Shown here: positions 47,454 through 60,683 of the stretch, one piece after another
Layout: each line of letters begins with the position of its first letter
How positions within the stretch are numbered: the first letter of the stretch is position 1
Origin: Hydrolagus affinis
Lineage: Eukaryota
Direction: 5' to 3'
Assembly: GCA_012026655.1 (NCBI GenBank)
Contig: JAAILG010001105.1
Coordinates: 1 to 64,000 of the forward strand
DNA: 64,000 nt
The notes under the pieces: model-generated
Seen by the model: only the letters and a program-made list of their open reading frames with translations
Database searches by the model: none
What the model was told of the DNA's origin: nothing
Position numbers and translations under genes: made by a program

Positions 47454-48234
47454 TTGTAGATATGGCACACATTCCAATTTTAACAAACATTTCATTTGGT
47501 CTCATTATTTTCTTAAGTGTCCAATGTCAACAGTGTTGTTCATTTTTATTTTATTGCTCAGGTTTCTGAAGTACTCATCTCCTGGTTCTACATTTGTTTC
47601 CCCATCTTGTGACTCGCTTACTTCATTGTCCTCCCTCCCTCCCTTCCTTTCTTGGTCACTTCTGTGCGGTTTAAACATTTGCAGCGGATGCCTGTTTGTG
47701 TTAAAGCTTCCTGCCTGCCTGGGGTTGGAGATACAGAGTGGAATTGGTTAAAACAAAGCTGTTTGTTAGCTAGTTAAGGTTAGCTAGTTTACAATCTCTT
47801 GAATTTAAATATTGTTTTTTCTCTAAAAAAAAGTGTAAAAATATCTTAGTGTAAAAATAAAAAAGACACTTTTGACAAGCCACACATTTGTTGAAACAAT
47901 ATGATCGAGCAGTCATTTGATAATTGAGATGATTCAACATGACTGATAGTCCATTGAGTTAAAACAATACACAGCAAAGAATTGAATCACCCACAAACAA
48001 CTAAATCATCCATCTGATACCATACAATTCACAATAAAAATCTAAATCAAACAAATAGCAAACACTTGGCAGATGTTAATTCACTCTAAACATGCATCAC
48101 ATCAGTTCTTTACAAACAGTCAGACGGGTGAATATAAACAAACTTTAATGTTCAGTAGATTTTTTTCAAACTACGAGTTAGTCAGACAAGTCAACTCTAG
48201 TACAGCATACTGTGGCTATTGTTACCAAACATCA

Positions 48235-48303
48235 GCTCCTTGAGACGTCCTCCCAAAATGAAAGACGCTCTACAAATGTAATTTTGTTGTTATTGTTGTT
48301 GTT
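48235..48303 (+). mobile_element. L2-type tail
   Basis: CCTTGAGACGTCCTCCC...TGAAAGACGCTCTACAAATGTAATTTTGTTGTTATTGTTGTTG. Confidence 0.75.
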
Positions 48304-48655
48304 TATTCCATTCTACAAAACATTCACTAGTTTTAGCGAACTGTTTCGAAGTTGCAGTTGTATTGCTTTACTCAAGTAACCCGGTAAAGGTGTTGGGTTC
48401 CTTTCACTAAGTATTCATAGTCTGTGTTGATAGGGTCAAAGAGTGATCTGTACCCACTGTGGCAGTCCCAACTTAGAGGACGTGTCACCGTCTAAACAAA
48501 GACCAGCATTTGTTGTACGCTTGGAATTGGATTCTGAATAAACCTAAACCAGCTTATTGCAAGATAATTTGCTCTCAAGTTCATTGTTCAGTTTTAGTAC
48601 AGTGCTCTTTACTCTTGTCTTGTGATCTGATTTCCACATGTTTTACCTTCAACAG

Positions 48656-48674
48656 TAGCTCCATCTGCTGGCTA
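48656..48674 (-). promoter_or_regulatory. CTCF-like site
   Basis: Reverse complement TAGCCAGCAGATGGAGCTA, a close match to the CTCF core. Confidence 0.5.
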
Positions 48675-50539
48675 CGTATGCAATTATAGTAGTGTATTGT
48701 ACTGTATTCATACAACACATCGTTGAATAAAACCAGAAAATCAGTACATTTATTTCTGGAGCCTGGTGTTCATAGAATGAACCCCTCTTTAATTTAAGAC
48801 ACTTAAGGTACATTATCAAATACAATTATTTATTAGATGTTGATATAGCTCACTTTTACAGAAATCATAGAAGTTTTTGAGTTACAAACTGGAAAAGTTT
48901 TGTTTTGCTAGTGTTTTTCTTATTTCCTACTACTGTACCATGCAAAGCTATTTTCCTAGAGAGTTGGTCGGTTATTTTCAATTTCCTAACTATTATTGTT
49001 GGTTCCTAACTATAAATGCTTGGGATAAAGTGAAGTGATATATTGCATTGCTTTCAGCTCCTTCCTTCAAGGAATCCAGCTCAAAGGTGCAATAAAACAA
49101 GCAGTCTGGCATTTATAACACCATTAAAGGTAACATACCACATTTCCCTTTAGTTTTCAACAGTTATATAGAGTATGAAAAATGTCCTTAACACCGAGGC
49201 ACTTTTTATTGCTATTATTGCTGACATTCCATTTTTCGCCTTTGGCTCTTGGCTTCAAAAGACAACGGACAGAAAAATCCCAAACCGTACCTAATATAAA
49301 TAAGGGAAATTGCAGCATTTGGATGTTCCTCTCATGTTGTTGGGGCAGATCAGAGTATCCCGCTGCTTGATGCAAACACATCTATCGCCCGGGGGGTTGG
49401 GGGGATAAAGGAGATAAAGTCTCCTTAGAGTAGAGCTGGCAACAGAATGTCAAAATCGAGTCAACCCTTTGCGGCACTCTTAGTAGTCCAGCTCCCTAGC
49501 CAGGTGGGTCCACAGGATTTCAGAGCACTACTGATCTCAGACTAGACAGCCGGGCTCACTAGCAGTTCTTAGAAGGGCAAAAACGCACAGCAGTAGGTCG
49601 TACAACCATGGCTTTGACCAGCTCAGTTTAGTGCACATTTGGAAATAACTTTTTATTTCATGCACCTTGTCAACTAAAATTAAATAGTTTGCAATTTATC
49701 TTAAAATGTTTATCTGCAGATTTTTACAGAATGCGGCTTTGACAGCCATGGTTTAACAAGTGTGCAGAGCTCTAATGTGAAAGGTCTGGGCTGTTACGAT
49801 TTATACAAATATAATCAAGTCAGATCTTAGGAATTGTTCTAACAGATTTCTGAATCAGAAAGGTATCTCAGAAATCTTTAGACATTTTAAAAAATAATAT
49901 TTGGTGCAGCAGGATTCTAGTTATTCATATTTTATGGGCTGTCCAGAATTTCTGCAAACAAGAAATCATGTGCCACTTGTAACCTAATTCAAAATTAATT
50001 CAAGCACTTTGTGGTTTTGCAGTGCTGTTATTTGATTCATGTATTCAGAGAAAAATGTATAAATGATATGGATGACTATCCATTAACTTGCAGAGCAGTA
50101 TAAAAGGTAGTCTCATATTTATTCATGTATATCCAACCATTACCTTTTCAGTTTACAGACATTGATATTCATTGCAATGAAAGCTGTAGTGTACGGTTAA
50201 ATCAAATTCCATGCAGAACTGTCAGGAAGTGAAAGATGTTTTTTTGAGCATTATCAAGTTAAATGGCCCATGAAAATTCATAAAGTATCATTATCTGTAG
50301 CCTGATAAACTCTGCACTTATTCAAATGTTCTTGCTGATGCAGTAACACTTTCTGAACACTTCGAATTAAAGAATAATTTTATGTTTCTAAGTGAATCAA
50401 TTCAGTGAACAAAGGAATATGCAATAAGCTGTTATAGGGTGAAATATGCTTGAGAAACAGAAGTACCAGCATATATTTCCCTGCTTCACTCTCCTACCTT
50501 CTTTCCAAAATGCTCAAAGTGTCTTTTTGCACAATAATA

Positions 50540-50835
50540 GGAGTCCTGTAGCTCAGTGGTTAGAGCACTCGCCTCGCAAGGAAGAGACCTAGGTCTGATT
50601 TCCAGCAGGGTGAAACCTTGGGTAAGTTTCCTTGACTGATAATAACCTCTCAAGAAAAAAAACAATAATAGTTTGGTGACTCAATCCTCGACTGTTTGTG
50701 GGACATTGCTAATGCGCCACGTTTTGGCCACAAATATACAGTCAATTCACTTTAGAGTATATTCCATGAAGAGCTTTGAGACATCTAGAAGACGTGAAAA
50801 GTGCTATATCAAATGTTAGAGTTATTAATATTATT
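50540..50835 (+). mobile_element. Full-length tRNA-derived SINE
   Basis: GGAGTCCTGTAGCTCAGTGGTTAGAGCACTCGCC head (box A TAGCTCAGTGG, degenerate box B), body and L2-type tail. Confidence 0.92.
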
Positions 50836-52190
50836 CATATTTTACAGATCCCATACCCCATCTATTTTCAGTTACATCTTGAACAGAAATCATAATTGCA
50901 TGCAAAATAAATCATTCTTAAGCCTACTTCAAACAGTATGATGGATCATTCATTATACTGTAATAAGCTTTACAAATGACATTTTGATTTTTGTCAAAAG
51001 TGAAGCTATTTTGACGGAAAATATGAACAAGATTTCTGATTTGAAAGTAACAGTTCCATATCAATCAATCTACTGGATGAAATTAGCAATCACACTGGCA
51101 TAAGCAAGTTGAGCGTTCCAGCGAATGACAAGGCTGTCTCTAACAATTAGATGTTATTTCAACCACTGACAAATATTCAATCTACACATTTCTTGAAAAA
51201 CTATCAATGAATACATGAATTCTGAAAGAACATACAGCAGATCTTGAGAACATAAACCTCATTGTGATCCATCACCGTAGCACAAAGTTACAACAGCCCC
51301 ACAATTATTCGAGGAAATGACAGTCCTGTGCCCCAGAAGTTAGGATTTTTTTGCATGCCTTGCAAATTAATCTTTGTACTCTGCTGCTTTCCTAGCTGTC
51401 AAATATAAAAATTAAACCTTAAATTCAAGTTAATTCAAAGGTTTTAATCCAAAACATAAATTATATATTTTTTCCGCCCCAAACTAATACACCGTGCTAT
51501 TTTCGAACACAGCAGATCCCTTCATACACCTCTCTAGAATGCTACCCACTGAATTAATGTAAATTTTGAATGGCTCCCTGCTGAATACAGAACCTATATG
51601 AAACACTCGCTTTCTGTTGTAAAATGCCTTTTAAATGGCTCGATCTTCTGCAACTGAGCAAAGTAATTGTATATTTCAAACAAATGCAACATTCAATTTA
51701 ATTTAATTAAAAAATTAAATACTTTTTTTAAAATGGTGTTTTATGAGCAAGAAATATCCATTTTACACATCCTCCATTCCAATCAATTTACTCTAGTACT
51801 TATTTCATAGGTATAGTAATTAAACTCCTAAAAAAAAATGCAGGTTACTTTCATCAAGAGACATTCTATCAAATATTAAATATATTTTCATTCAAAGAAC
51901 TGATCAAAATTGAAATGAAAATGAACAATTTACCTACATTTTACTTAGAAGTTTTTTGTGCTCTTCAAGATGACGAGTCAGTATTAAGCTCTTCCAAATT
52001 GAGGAATAGTATGTGTCACGTCCAGTTACAGCTCCCTTTGCACTTCAACAATGTGCCTAACTCCACACTTGGACCACAACCTCCTTCTGTAATAAGCTGA
52101 ACAGTCATCCATTCTCCATCCCTTATAAAAGGCATTTTCATTCCCAGATTACTGAAGAAGTCAGATGTTTTGTGGCTGGTCTTACAACTA

Positions 52191-52409
52191 CAGTAAAAGC
52201 CTGTTTATCCGGCATCGATCAACCGTAACTTCCGTATAACCGACATCGCAAAAGGTCTGCATTCGATTAACCAGAATTTATCCGGAAAAATGCATTGAAA
52301 TTATTTTTATTTTTTAAACTAATTTTTGCGTTTTTGGCCGAATATTCAGCATGCGCTTTAACCGGCATTGGCCAGGTCCCGAGGGTACCGGATAAACGGG
52401 CTTTTACTG
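52191..52409. mobile_element. MITE, Tigger/pogo-like, copy 2
   Basis: CAGTAAAAGCCTGTTTATCCGGCA ... TACCGGATAAACGGGCTTTTACTG, flanked by TA (52189-90, 52410-11). Internally colinear with 15034-15239. Confidence 0.9.
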
Positions 52410-53097
52410 TATTAGGCATAGCAACTCTTTTCACGAGGGACACTTATAGCCTCTGTTCAATTTAAAACCTATGCCTCTGGTCTGCATGTTTGGTGTCTTC
52501 GGAACTCTGGTGTCCATGTTTAGGAATGTGTAACTCAGTTTGGTTTGGATTCTCTTAAACACGGTGATGGATTTTGGCATGTGTTATCGACATCCAGCTG
52601 ACCAAAAAAAGTTACAAACAAACATAGTACTTAGCCACTACACCACTTAATCATCCTAATATTAAGCAATTGATTTATATTATTCTTGACGTATTAAACG
52701 ATTTGCATCAGCAATATCTACCTTTCTTAAAACAGCAATACTCCTTTAAGAGCAATGAAACAGTTCTTCCGCAGAAGCAAATACATCAATGTTTTCTACT
52801 TAATCTTACTGACCTTCCCTACAGTGCGCAGCTCACCAAACTAATGTAAGCTAATTGAATCATTTGCTGAATGTTAACTGGTCTCAGTAGATTTTTTTAA
52901 TTGTGTAGAACACCAGCTGTAATATGCAGGATTAACTGGAACAACTCAAGCTTGATACCTGAATTCAAACACATCTTTCCATCCACCATTGAGTTGTCTT
53001 GGGTCAAGCTCACTAGTTTTTGGAGACTATGAAGTCAAATTTATAACTCATTACCTACAATAAGTGTACAATTATAAAAGCTTTTATGCTGCCTCCT

Positions 53098-53570
53098 ACA
53101 TAGTAAATAGTGAGGAGGATTGTAGCCATCTGCAAGAGGATATAGATAAAATGGTAAAGTGGGTAGACACATGGCAGATGAAGTTTAATACAGAGAAGTG
53201 TGAGGTGATACACTTTGGGAGAAGAAATGAGGGGAGGCAATATAGGCTAGACAGTACAATTTTAAAGGGTGTGAAGGAACAGAGAGAACTGGGGATTTGT
53301 GTTAGTGACTCTTTGAAAGTGGCAGGACAGGTAGTCGTTAAGAAGGCATATGGGATACTAGGCTTTATAAATAGGGGTATACAGTACAAAAGTCAGGAAG
53401 TGCTGATTAACCTCTATAAGACTTTGGTTTGGCCTTAGAGCAGAGCAGGTCTGTTAGATTATGGGGAGAAAGCTGGGCAGTGGGATTGAGTTGCTTTGTT
53501 CAAAGAGCCGGCACAGACTAGATGGGCCGAATGGCCTCCTTTTGTGCCGTATAATTCTATGATTCTATGA
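53098..53570 (+). mobile_element. CR1 LINE fragment: end of the RT domain joined to the 3' UTR (internal deletion)
   Basis: The ORF encodes LQEDIDKMVKWVDTWQMKFNTEKCEVIHFG...ELGICVSDSLK...KKAYGILGFINRGIQYKSQEVLINLYKTLV. The tail is GATGGGCCGAATGGCCTCCT...(ATTCTATG)2. Confidence 0.93.
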
Positions 53571-53689
53571 TTTGCAAAGGCTCGGTGCCAACAAGCAATG
53601 GACTCTTCAAACACTACTTCATTATTGGGCTGCAAGATTAACACTGCTTTTCCAAGCCCAACCAATACAGAACACATAAAGTCAGTTAC

Positions 53690-53795
53690 TAACAACAACA
53701 ATAACAAATTGCTTTTATACAGGGTCTTTCATGTTGGGGGTGACACCTTGTGACATCATCCTGACATGAAAGGCATTGTATAAATGCTTGGTTGC
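53690..53795. mobile_element. Two L2-type tails fused head-to-head
   Basis: AACAACAACAATAACAAATTGCTTTTATACAGGGTCTTTCATGTTGGG (minus) abuts CCTGACATGAAAGGCATTGTATAAATGC (plus). Confidence 0.65.
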
Positions 53796-55904
53796 CTGTT
53801 CACAACCCGCCTAGTGATCCCCACTGGAAAATGTATACGTGAGGATGTTTGGTGAGTCTGGGAGAATCAACCTAAAATAAGAACGTGTGTTAAAAAAAAT
53901 GTATTGAGATATGCAAGAAAAGCTGAAAATACAGACTTCTCTATGCCTGTCGAGGCTCAGGCATGAAAAATGAGAACTGGGAGCAGATTGTCAACTTGTG
54001 CCCTAAGCAACCAAAGCAAGAGAGAGAATGCAAATGCAAAGGACAAGAATCACATAAATAAATACAGAAAAAACTGAAGGAACAGCAACTCAAAACCAAG
54101 AGACAGAGAAATTCAATGTTATTTCCTCCAACAGACTGATGGTTTTCATACATTCTGCAATTCCTGGTCACCAGTGAACGCTTGATCGGGTGCCATAACA
54201 AATGCAATTATTATTACTATTATTATTAATAATGATAAACACAATTTTAAATGAATCGAAATTGAAATAAATATCATCCCCCAGATAATTTGGGTGATTA
54301 GCAGATGACACTCCAAACTTTCTTTGTTTTTAGTCATATCACAAACTATAGATGAATCTTTACCTATTTGTAAAAAAAAATTAATAACACTGTTACAAGT
54401 CTCTCAACAGCAACTCAGTTGAAATACCAACTAATGGGACGGAGCAAAAAAAGATGAATTTTTAGATGGCATTTGCATTCAGATTGAAAAAGATCTGCAA
54501 AAGCATTCACTAAACACTCAAAGAATCTTGTGGTATTACTAAACTGGTTAAATTCAGAGTCAAATGCCAGGAGATACTTCCGCCAGCCAATTTTTGGCTC
54601 TGCTGTGAAAAATAGCACATTCCCGCGAGTATTATTTCAAAGCCAACTGTTAAAATTTCCGTTAATCATATTGGCATTCAGTTAACTGTGAAACCATTCA
54701 GTACACACCACAGCTACCAGTTCTTCTTGATGCGGTAATTAAGGTAAACAACCAGAAATATGCGTCAAGCTGAAGCAAACAGAAAGACTTTACACAGAAC
54801 TAAAAATTATAATAGGAAATCACTGATATGGAACTGGGAACAAAGAAGGTAGCATGGACTCACAGATTCATTGCAGAAATAGCACCAAATCCCAACCTGT
54901 CAAACCTTCAGCAATTGGAACTATTTAAGTTTTGCAGTGAATTCCTCTTCCTTACCATTGGGTTCCAGGGTATTCGGACACAGTCCATATGAAATAAAGG
55001 TTCCAGTGTTAAAAAGGAAGGAGAAATATGAATGATTGTTTATTGATTCACCTGACTGCTGTAAGGTTCCATTCATTCTAGAAACCTGTAGTCATCACTT
55101 TGCAGAGCAAAGGTAATCAGATCTGCTGGCACTGACAGAGAGTGTGTTAATTAGCAGAAGACTAATGCAGGATAGATGCAGAAAAATTTCATATGATCAT
55201 TTCAATGCTGTTTTCGAACAACCTTCTGCATTTTTTATTTGATATTTACAGCTGGATTCACAGTAATTGTTTTCTACATCAATAAAAAAAACTCTTGTCT
55301 TACCATAAAATAATACAATCAGAGTCAGGTAAAATCATACAGAAAGATAATCCACCACATTGCATTCTTTGGCTTATCTGATACTATACCCAGAAATGAT
55401 ATATCTACACAAAGTACCACAGCAAAATACTGCATGACTGCTTCAAATAAATGATTTACAGATAACACAAATGAGTAAATACAACATCTTGAGAAACACA
55501 AGGCTGTTACCAATACGTTTTGGAAATTAGCAACAGAACTTTTTATACTTCTTTAAATATTTTATCTTCTGTTCAAGATACACTTTGCCCAAGAAAAAAA
55601 AATTAACTGTTTTTCGAGCCGCAGAGAATGACTTTTCCAAATCATTCTGCATTGTTCCCCAGCCTTTGACGTACTACTTTCACAAATCTCGTCAATTACA
55701 GTAACAGAATATTTGTGTTCTAACAAAGGACTACACCCAGAATGTTAATTAATTTATCACTTGCAGATGCTGATGCAGATTGACTTTCTATTAAGTTCCA
55801 GGCTTTTGCAGTGTCTGTCTGCACATTTCTCTTTATCTCTATTATTTTCCAAGTTGATGCAGACTTTTAAACACTTTCCTCTGACTTAGATGGTGTATAA
55901 AAAG

Positions 55905-56056
55905 AAACAACAATCCTTGCATTTGACGTAGCGCCTTATCACATTGTTTAAATGTTTCAAAGCACTTCACAGAATATATTATGAAGCGTTTGACTAGACT
56001 ATGTATTTTGTGAGTGAAATGAAAAGGTGCAGGTGATTTGGGAGTGCGGCATCTTC
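55905..56056 (-). mobile_element. SINE 3' half
   Basis: CAATCCTTGCATTTGACGTAGCGCCTTATCAC...TCAAAGCACTTCACAGAATAT. Confidence 0.8.
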
Positions 56057-56278
56057 ACAAACAACAACTTGGATTTCCATAGCATCCTTCAATAGGATAA
56101 CTTTTGGAGCACTTTGTAATGGATGATGAGCATGGGAGAAGGAATAACAGGTATAAAGGGACTGAAACAGCAAATACAGTAGGTCATTTGGATTACTTGT
56201 CTCACTACTACTCACAATATTTAAGCGCTCCAGGATGCTATCCCGTATGAAGGGCGCTGTGTAAATGGAAGTTGTTGT
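56057..56278. mobile_element. Inverted pair of L2-type tails
   Basis: CAACAACTTGGATTTCCATAGCATCCTTCA (minus) and TGAAGGGCGCTGTGTAAATGGAAGTTGTTG (plus) are imperfect reverse complements. Confidence 0.6.
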
Positions 56279-59200
56279 ATTACTGGGGCATCTAACTTGC
56301 TCAATATCAACCACATCATTTGAAAAATGACTAGAGATTTCCCTGCATTTCTGTTCCCGAACTCCAAGACATCAGCGACATCTCGCAAGCTCTCGTTTGC
56401 TCATCTGAAAAGAAGTCCGCAATAGAAGAATGTCATAGGGTCAATTCTGTGGCCTATTTACAAGAGGTAAACAGCCTTGCATAGCTGAAACTCTTCAAAA
56501 TGGTCTCCGAGGTTTTACACCTCTTTGGTTCCTTTCTGAGGCGACATTTAAGAGCCGCAATAAAACCAGTCTCGCTAAGAAGTATTTGCTTAAATTAGGA
56601 ATTTCATAGCTTGGGGATGTTTTATGGCTTTTTTTTTCACAGCTAATATTTAAAGACATTATCCTAAAGCTTTTCTTCTACCCATGTCACTGTATTCACT
56701 GAGAAGCTCTCACTACACAATCTATTTCTGTTTGCTGCTCATTACACCAAAAGGTCACAATTTTGTTGCTTTGTTTCTTGGCCAACCTGAGTTGAACTGC
56801 ACGACTTTAGAGTCAGTGGCCCTCACATCTGCAGTCACTCGCCGTTCAAAAGCCATGAGACCCAGACAGAAAGGCTGCTATATTCTGTTTAGTTAAGCTT
56901 TGAAATAAAGCCTTTATTAATGTCTCTGGAGACAATATAGAGCTGCTGATTGCAATACACTTCTAGCTGCATTTCTTCTGGAACTCTTTCTGCTAGATTT
57001 CCACGTCTATCTAGATACTCCTTGCTCGATAAGTAATGGAAGAACAGTAAGACTTGATAATAAGCCTTTTCACTGCATAACAGGAAGCACATAGCAAACT
57101 ACCTAGAAATTGCAGAGAAGTATATACATAATGTTATAACAAATAGACTAATACTGATGGATGGACTGCATATAAATATATATATACTGTACATATATAT
57201 ATGCACATACTACTGTACATATATATCCGTGCTAAACATAGGAATGAATCAATCGATGACGTGCAGACATTTCTTTACAGAACAAAAGATTACTAGAATG
57301 TTGATTTTCAGCGGAACTACTCAATACTGTACTGCATGTCTGAATCAATAATCTGATGTGTGTGCAGTGAAGCAATGCATCCTTTGCAGATGAACACAAA
57401 AACGAGTGCACAATTTTCTGATATAAACCCAATATGCAGGCATTAAGTGGATCACTATTCACAATGCTTGTCAGATAGTCATATTGAAATGATCAGAGAA
57501 CCTTACTGACCAATATCTTGCAAACATTACAATATCATTCTCGTCTCTCCCACTCTCTCTCCCCCACCACCCAATTTCTGTATATATTCTATCTTTTAAT
57601 TAATAACCAACAACATTTTAATTAAATCCTACCGCATATAGCGTAATTGTGATGCTGTTTATGCTGAGATGTGTGCAAGGCCTTACAAAGGAAAGTTGGC
57701 GAAATACAAACAAATATAGGTACAATGCATCTAAATAATTCGAATTAGGAGACAGTGGTTGTACAAATTTTTCCCTCCACACTCCCACATTTTTAAAAGG
57801 TGACTACAAAATACGTTTGTTGAGGCAAAATAACTTCATAAACAGTTAACAGTTAAGGGCTTGCTTTGCATAAAGAGTACACATAATCAGAGCGGAACGC
57901 AGAAGATTGCATAATAGGCTTTTTTTTCACAAACTGCCCACAATATCCCAGACTACAGCTACTACATAGCCAAATTCCTGCAGATTAACTAAACCCATTA
58001 CCGCAGACATTTCCCTTACCTCTGACCACAGCAGACTGAAGGCTAACAAACCACACTGAGCTTCTGCACTCTCAACTGACTGCTCTTCTTTCAGCCTGAG
58101 CCCAGAGGCCGCCAGTCAGTGTGTCTCATCTCCACACAGTTACTCAAAATGTTGGATTCTCAATTCATAAATTTTAGGCTGTCACTACTGTGTGCATCCC
58201 TGATGACACAGCTGTAAGGGTTCATTCAGTTAAGCAAGAGCTCTAAATTAGGCAGGGTTCCCACATTCCCTTATTCACTTCAGAAACTATGACAATCCTT
58301 ACTTGCAATTCTGCATAGTGCAGTACTTTGATAATTAGAATGGCTGCTGTATATTAAATTACTGGTTAACAGATGATTAAATACCCATATTTCTTGAGGA
58401 TGTTACTGTGGTCAACCATGTTATCCCATTTTCATCTGTTCTGAATGTTTCACGTAAATATTAAAGTAAAACAGTTAGTGTACCCCACACCCCCACCCAC
58501 ACACACAAAAATATAGCTTAGTAATGGGAAAGGCATACTAAGTATTATGGATGGTCGTCTGCATATTTATGTCACTGTGAAGAGGGTTGAGATTTGTAGC
58601 AACATTAGTATTGCAGTATAACTGTGGCCAAAGCAGTATCGGGATGAGGGGGTGGGAACTACAATCCTATCCATACATGTCATTTAAACATACGCAGAAA
58701 CAGCTAGCAAGAGTCTTTGGATTGTGTTCAGGAGCAGGATTCCTGCCTGATTGAGGTGTGAGGAGCCGATCACAAAGCCCTGATAGCGCTCCACCAATTG
58801 AGACCATCAAACCCATGTCAAACTGGGATTGAAACCCGCAACTCACTAAAGATCATGTGGTCAATAATTCGCTTCACTACCATCTCCGGCATTGCTAAAC
58901 ATCACTATAAAACGCTGTCCATCTTGTATAAACCCACCAAACTATCAATATTTAATATGCTACCCCTACCATGAATAGCATTTCACAGATTGTCCCTTCT
59001 GTAGAATAACATTGTTCCATACAGCTCTCAGCATATGCGCAAATAAATGGTATAGTGGGAGGAGAGGTTTACTTCAGACTACAATCCAACTTTATCATAA
59101 TTCAACAGTGACTTGGGAGCGAAGACAAGGATTAAAACTGCAGGGTTGATCAAAGGGAAGCACTGATCCCTCAGCAACTTCATAAAATACCTTCCAACAA

Positions 59201-60057
59201 GAACACATCCTTCAACGCCCAGAGCAGCAACATGAAGCATTGAAACAATTTCTTTTAAGAGCTGGCTCATTAATAACATTAAAAGAAGATCTCTTAAAAG
59301 TTTATGAACTGTTACACTGCCAGACTTTTGAATGGAAGGAACGTGGAGGAGTGAGCCCAATGCAATTTCTAACCCTCCCAGTTCAGAGTTCCTCCAGGAG
59401 CAAATTCAGTCGCCATTTATACCAGACATATGATATAAACTCATGATATACAGTACTTTGATGAGGTTGATTGAAGTAAACACTCGCATAAACCTTCTTT
59501 CTCCTCAATGCCAGAGGAAAACAGAACTTTTCACATCAAAACTTTCTACACTTGGGAGGTCAGTAAAGGGTCAACAGCAAATAAATTAGACAACTGACTG
59601 TTTGCAGCTTTAAAAGCTGATTGAAAAGCTGGCACTTTATCATAAATGGAATTAGTAAGGAAAGTATTCTTTATAAACAAGTATTCTTTATAAACAAGGT
59701 CAGTTACAAACACCTTCAGTTGTGATTTATTGTTATTTATAGATGTCAGTAAATACATTTCTAGTGAAGTGCTTTATTCATCAACAATGAAGCACTATAA
59801 ATAGACATGCCTTTTATTGTCAATTGTTCCAAACATTATTCCAAACCTGGCAAGATAGGTAATCAACAAATAATGTAAACACCTCCAAAACCTGTGCTCT
59901 TGCTCCTTGGAAAAACGTAAACTCAATTGACAATCACAGGCATTAAGGGAACAAAGGGATTGCAAAGTGAATTATTGCACTAAGGTGACTGAAAGGTATT
60001 TCATGCAGAAGCATTGGAATCCAGTGGGGGCTTTTTTCCCCAAAGACCAAAAGTTAC

Positions 60058-60112
60058 ACAACATCAACAAGTTACATTTGTATGGCGTCTTTCACGTTGG
60101 GAGGACGTCTCG
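60058..60112 (-). mobile_element. L2-type tail
   Basis: CAACAAGTTACATTTGTATGGCGTCTTTCACGTTGGGAGGACGTCTC. Confidence 0.7.
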
Positions 60113-60559
60113 TGAGTCCATTGTTTGCACCAGCTTCAGATTTCATACTGAGAATAAATTGGGTCATCTATGGTTTTAGGACACAACAGAATCAGTCCTG
60201 TGTTTCAAATAGGAGAATAAACACCAGTTGAAATAGGATTGGAGACATTTCACTCGGATTCTAAACAGTACCCAGACAAAATGGTTCAACATCCATTTTC
60301 TTCAACATAACTTGCCACTTTCTTATGCTAGGATAAATCTTACCTAATATATTAAATAATAAACAGTAGTGGGTTTTTTTTGGCTGAGCTGAACAGCACA
60401 TATGAAAGGAATGAGAACAAGATCATTTTTGGCCATAAAATGAAAAGTTTAGATGTCCAGTGTTTTTAATCTTCTGAATAACCTGATTTAATAGAGGGAA
60501 TTTGTTCTAAATAGATGCTAATTAAATCAATTAATTAATTTAAGAGGAAACAAATGCAT

Positions 60560-60683
60560 ACCTGAGGGATTAGGGAACTGAGGGGCGTAGGGTAGACGAG
60601 TGAGGTGGAGGGGCTAGGATGGGTAGAATATGGTTGGGCTGAATAGGGTCTTTTGATACTGTAGATCCTGTGTAATCTGTAAT
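60560..60683 (+). mobile_element. Decayed CR1 3' UTR
   Basis: A G-rich tract ends in GGTTGGGCTGAATAG...CTGTGTAATCTGTAA, resembling CR1 tails. Confidence 0.45.

Noticed and set aside
50540-50612. tRNA gene (also 24735-24806, 61335-61404, 62830-62898)
   Set aside because: Box A and box B are present, but there is no proper acceptor stem and each continues into a SINE body and tail.
53064-53438. 124-aa ORF as a host gene
   Set aside because: It is a CR1 reverse-transcriptase fragment.
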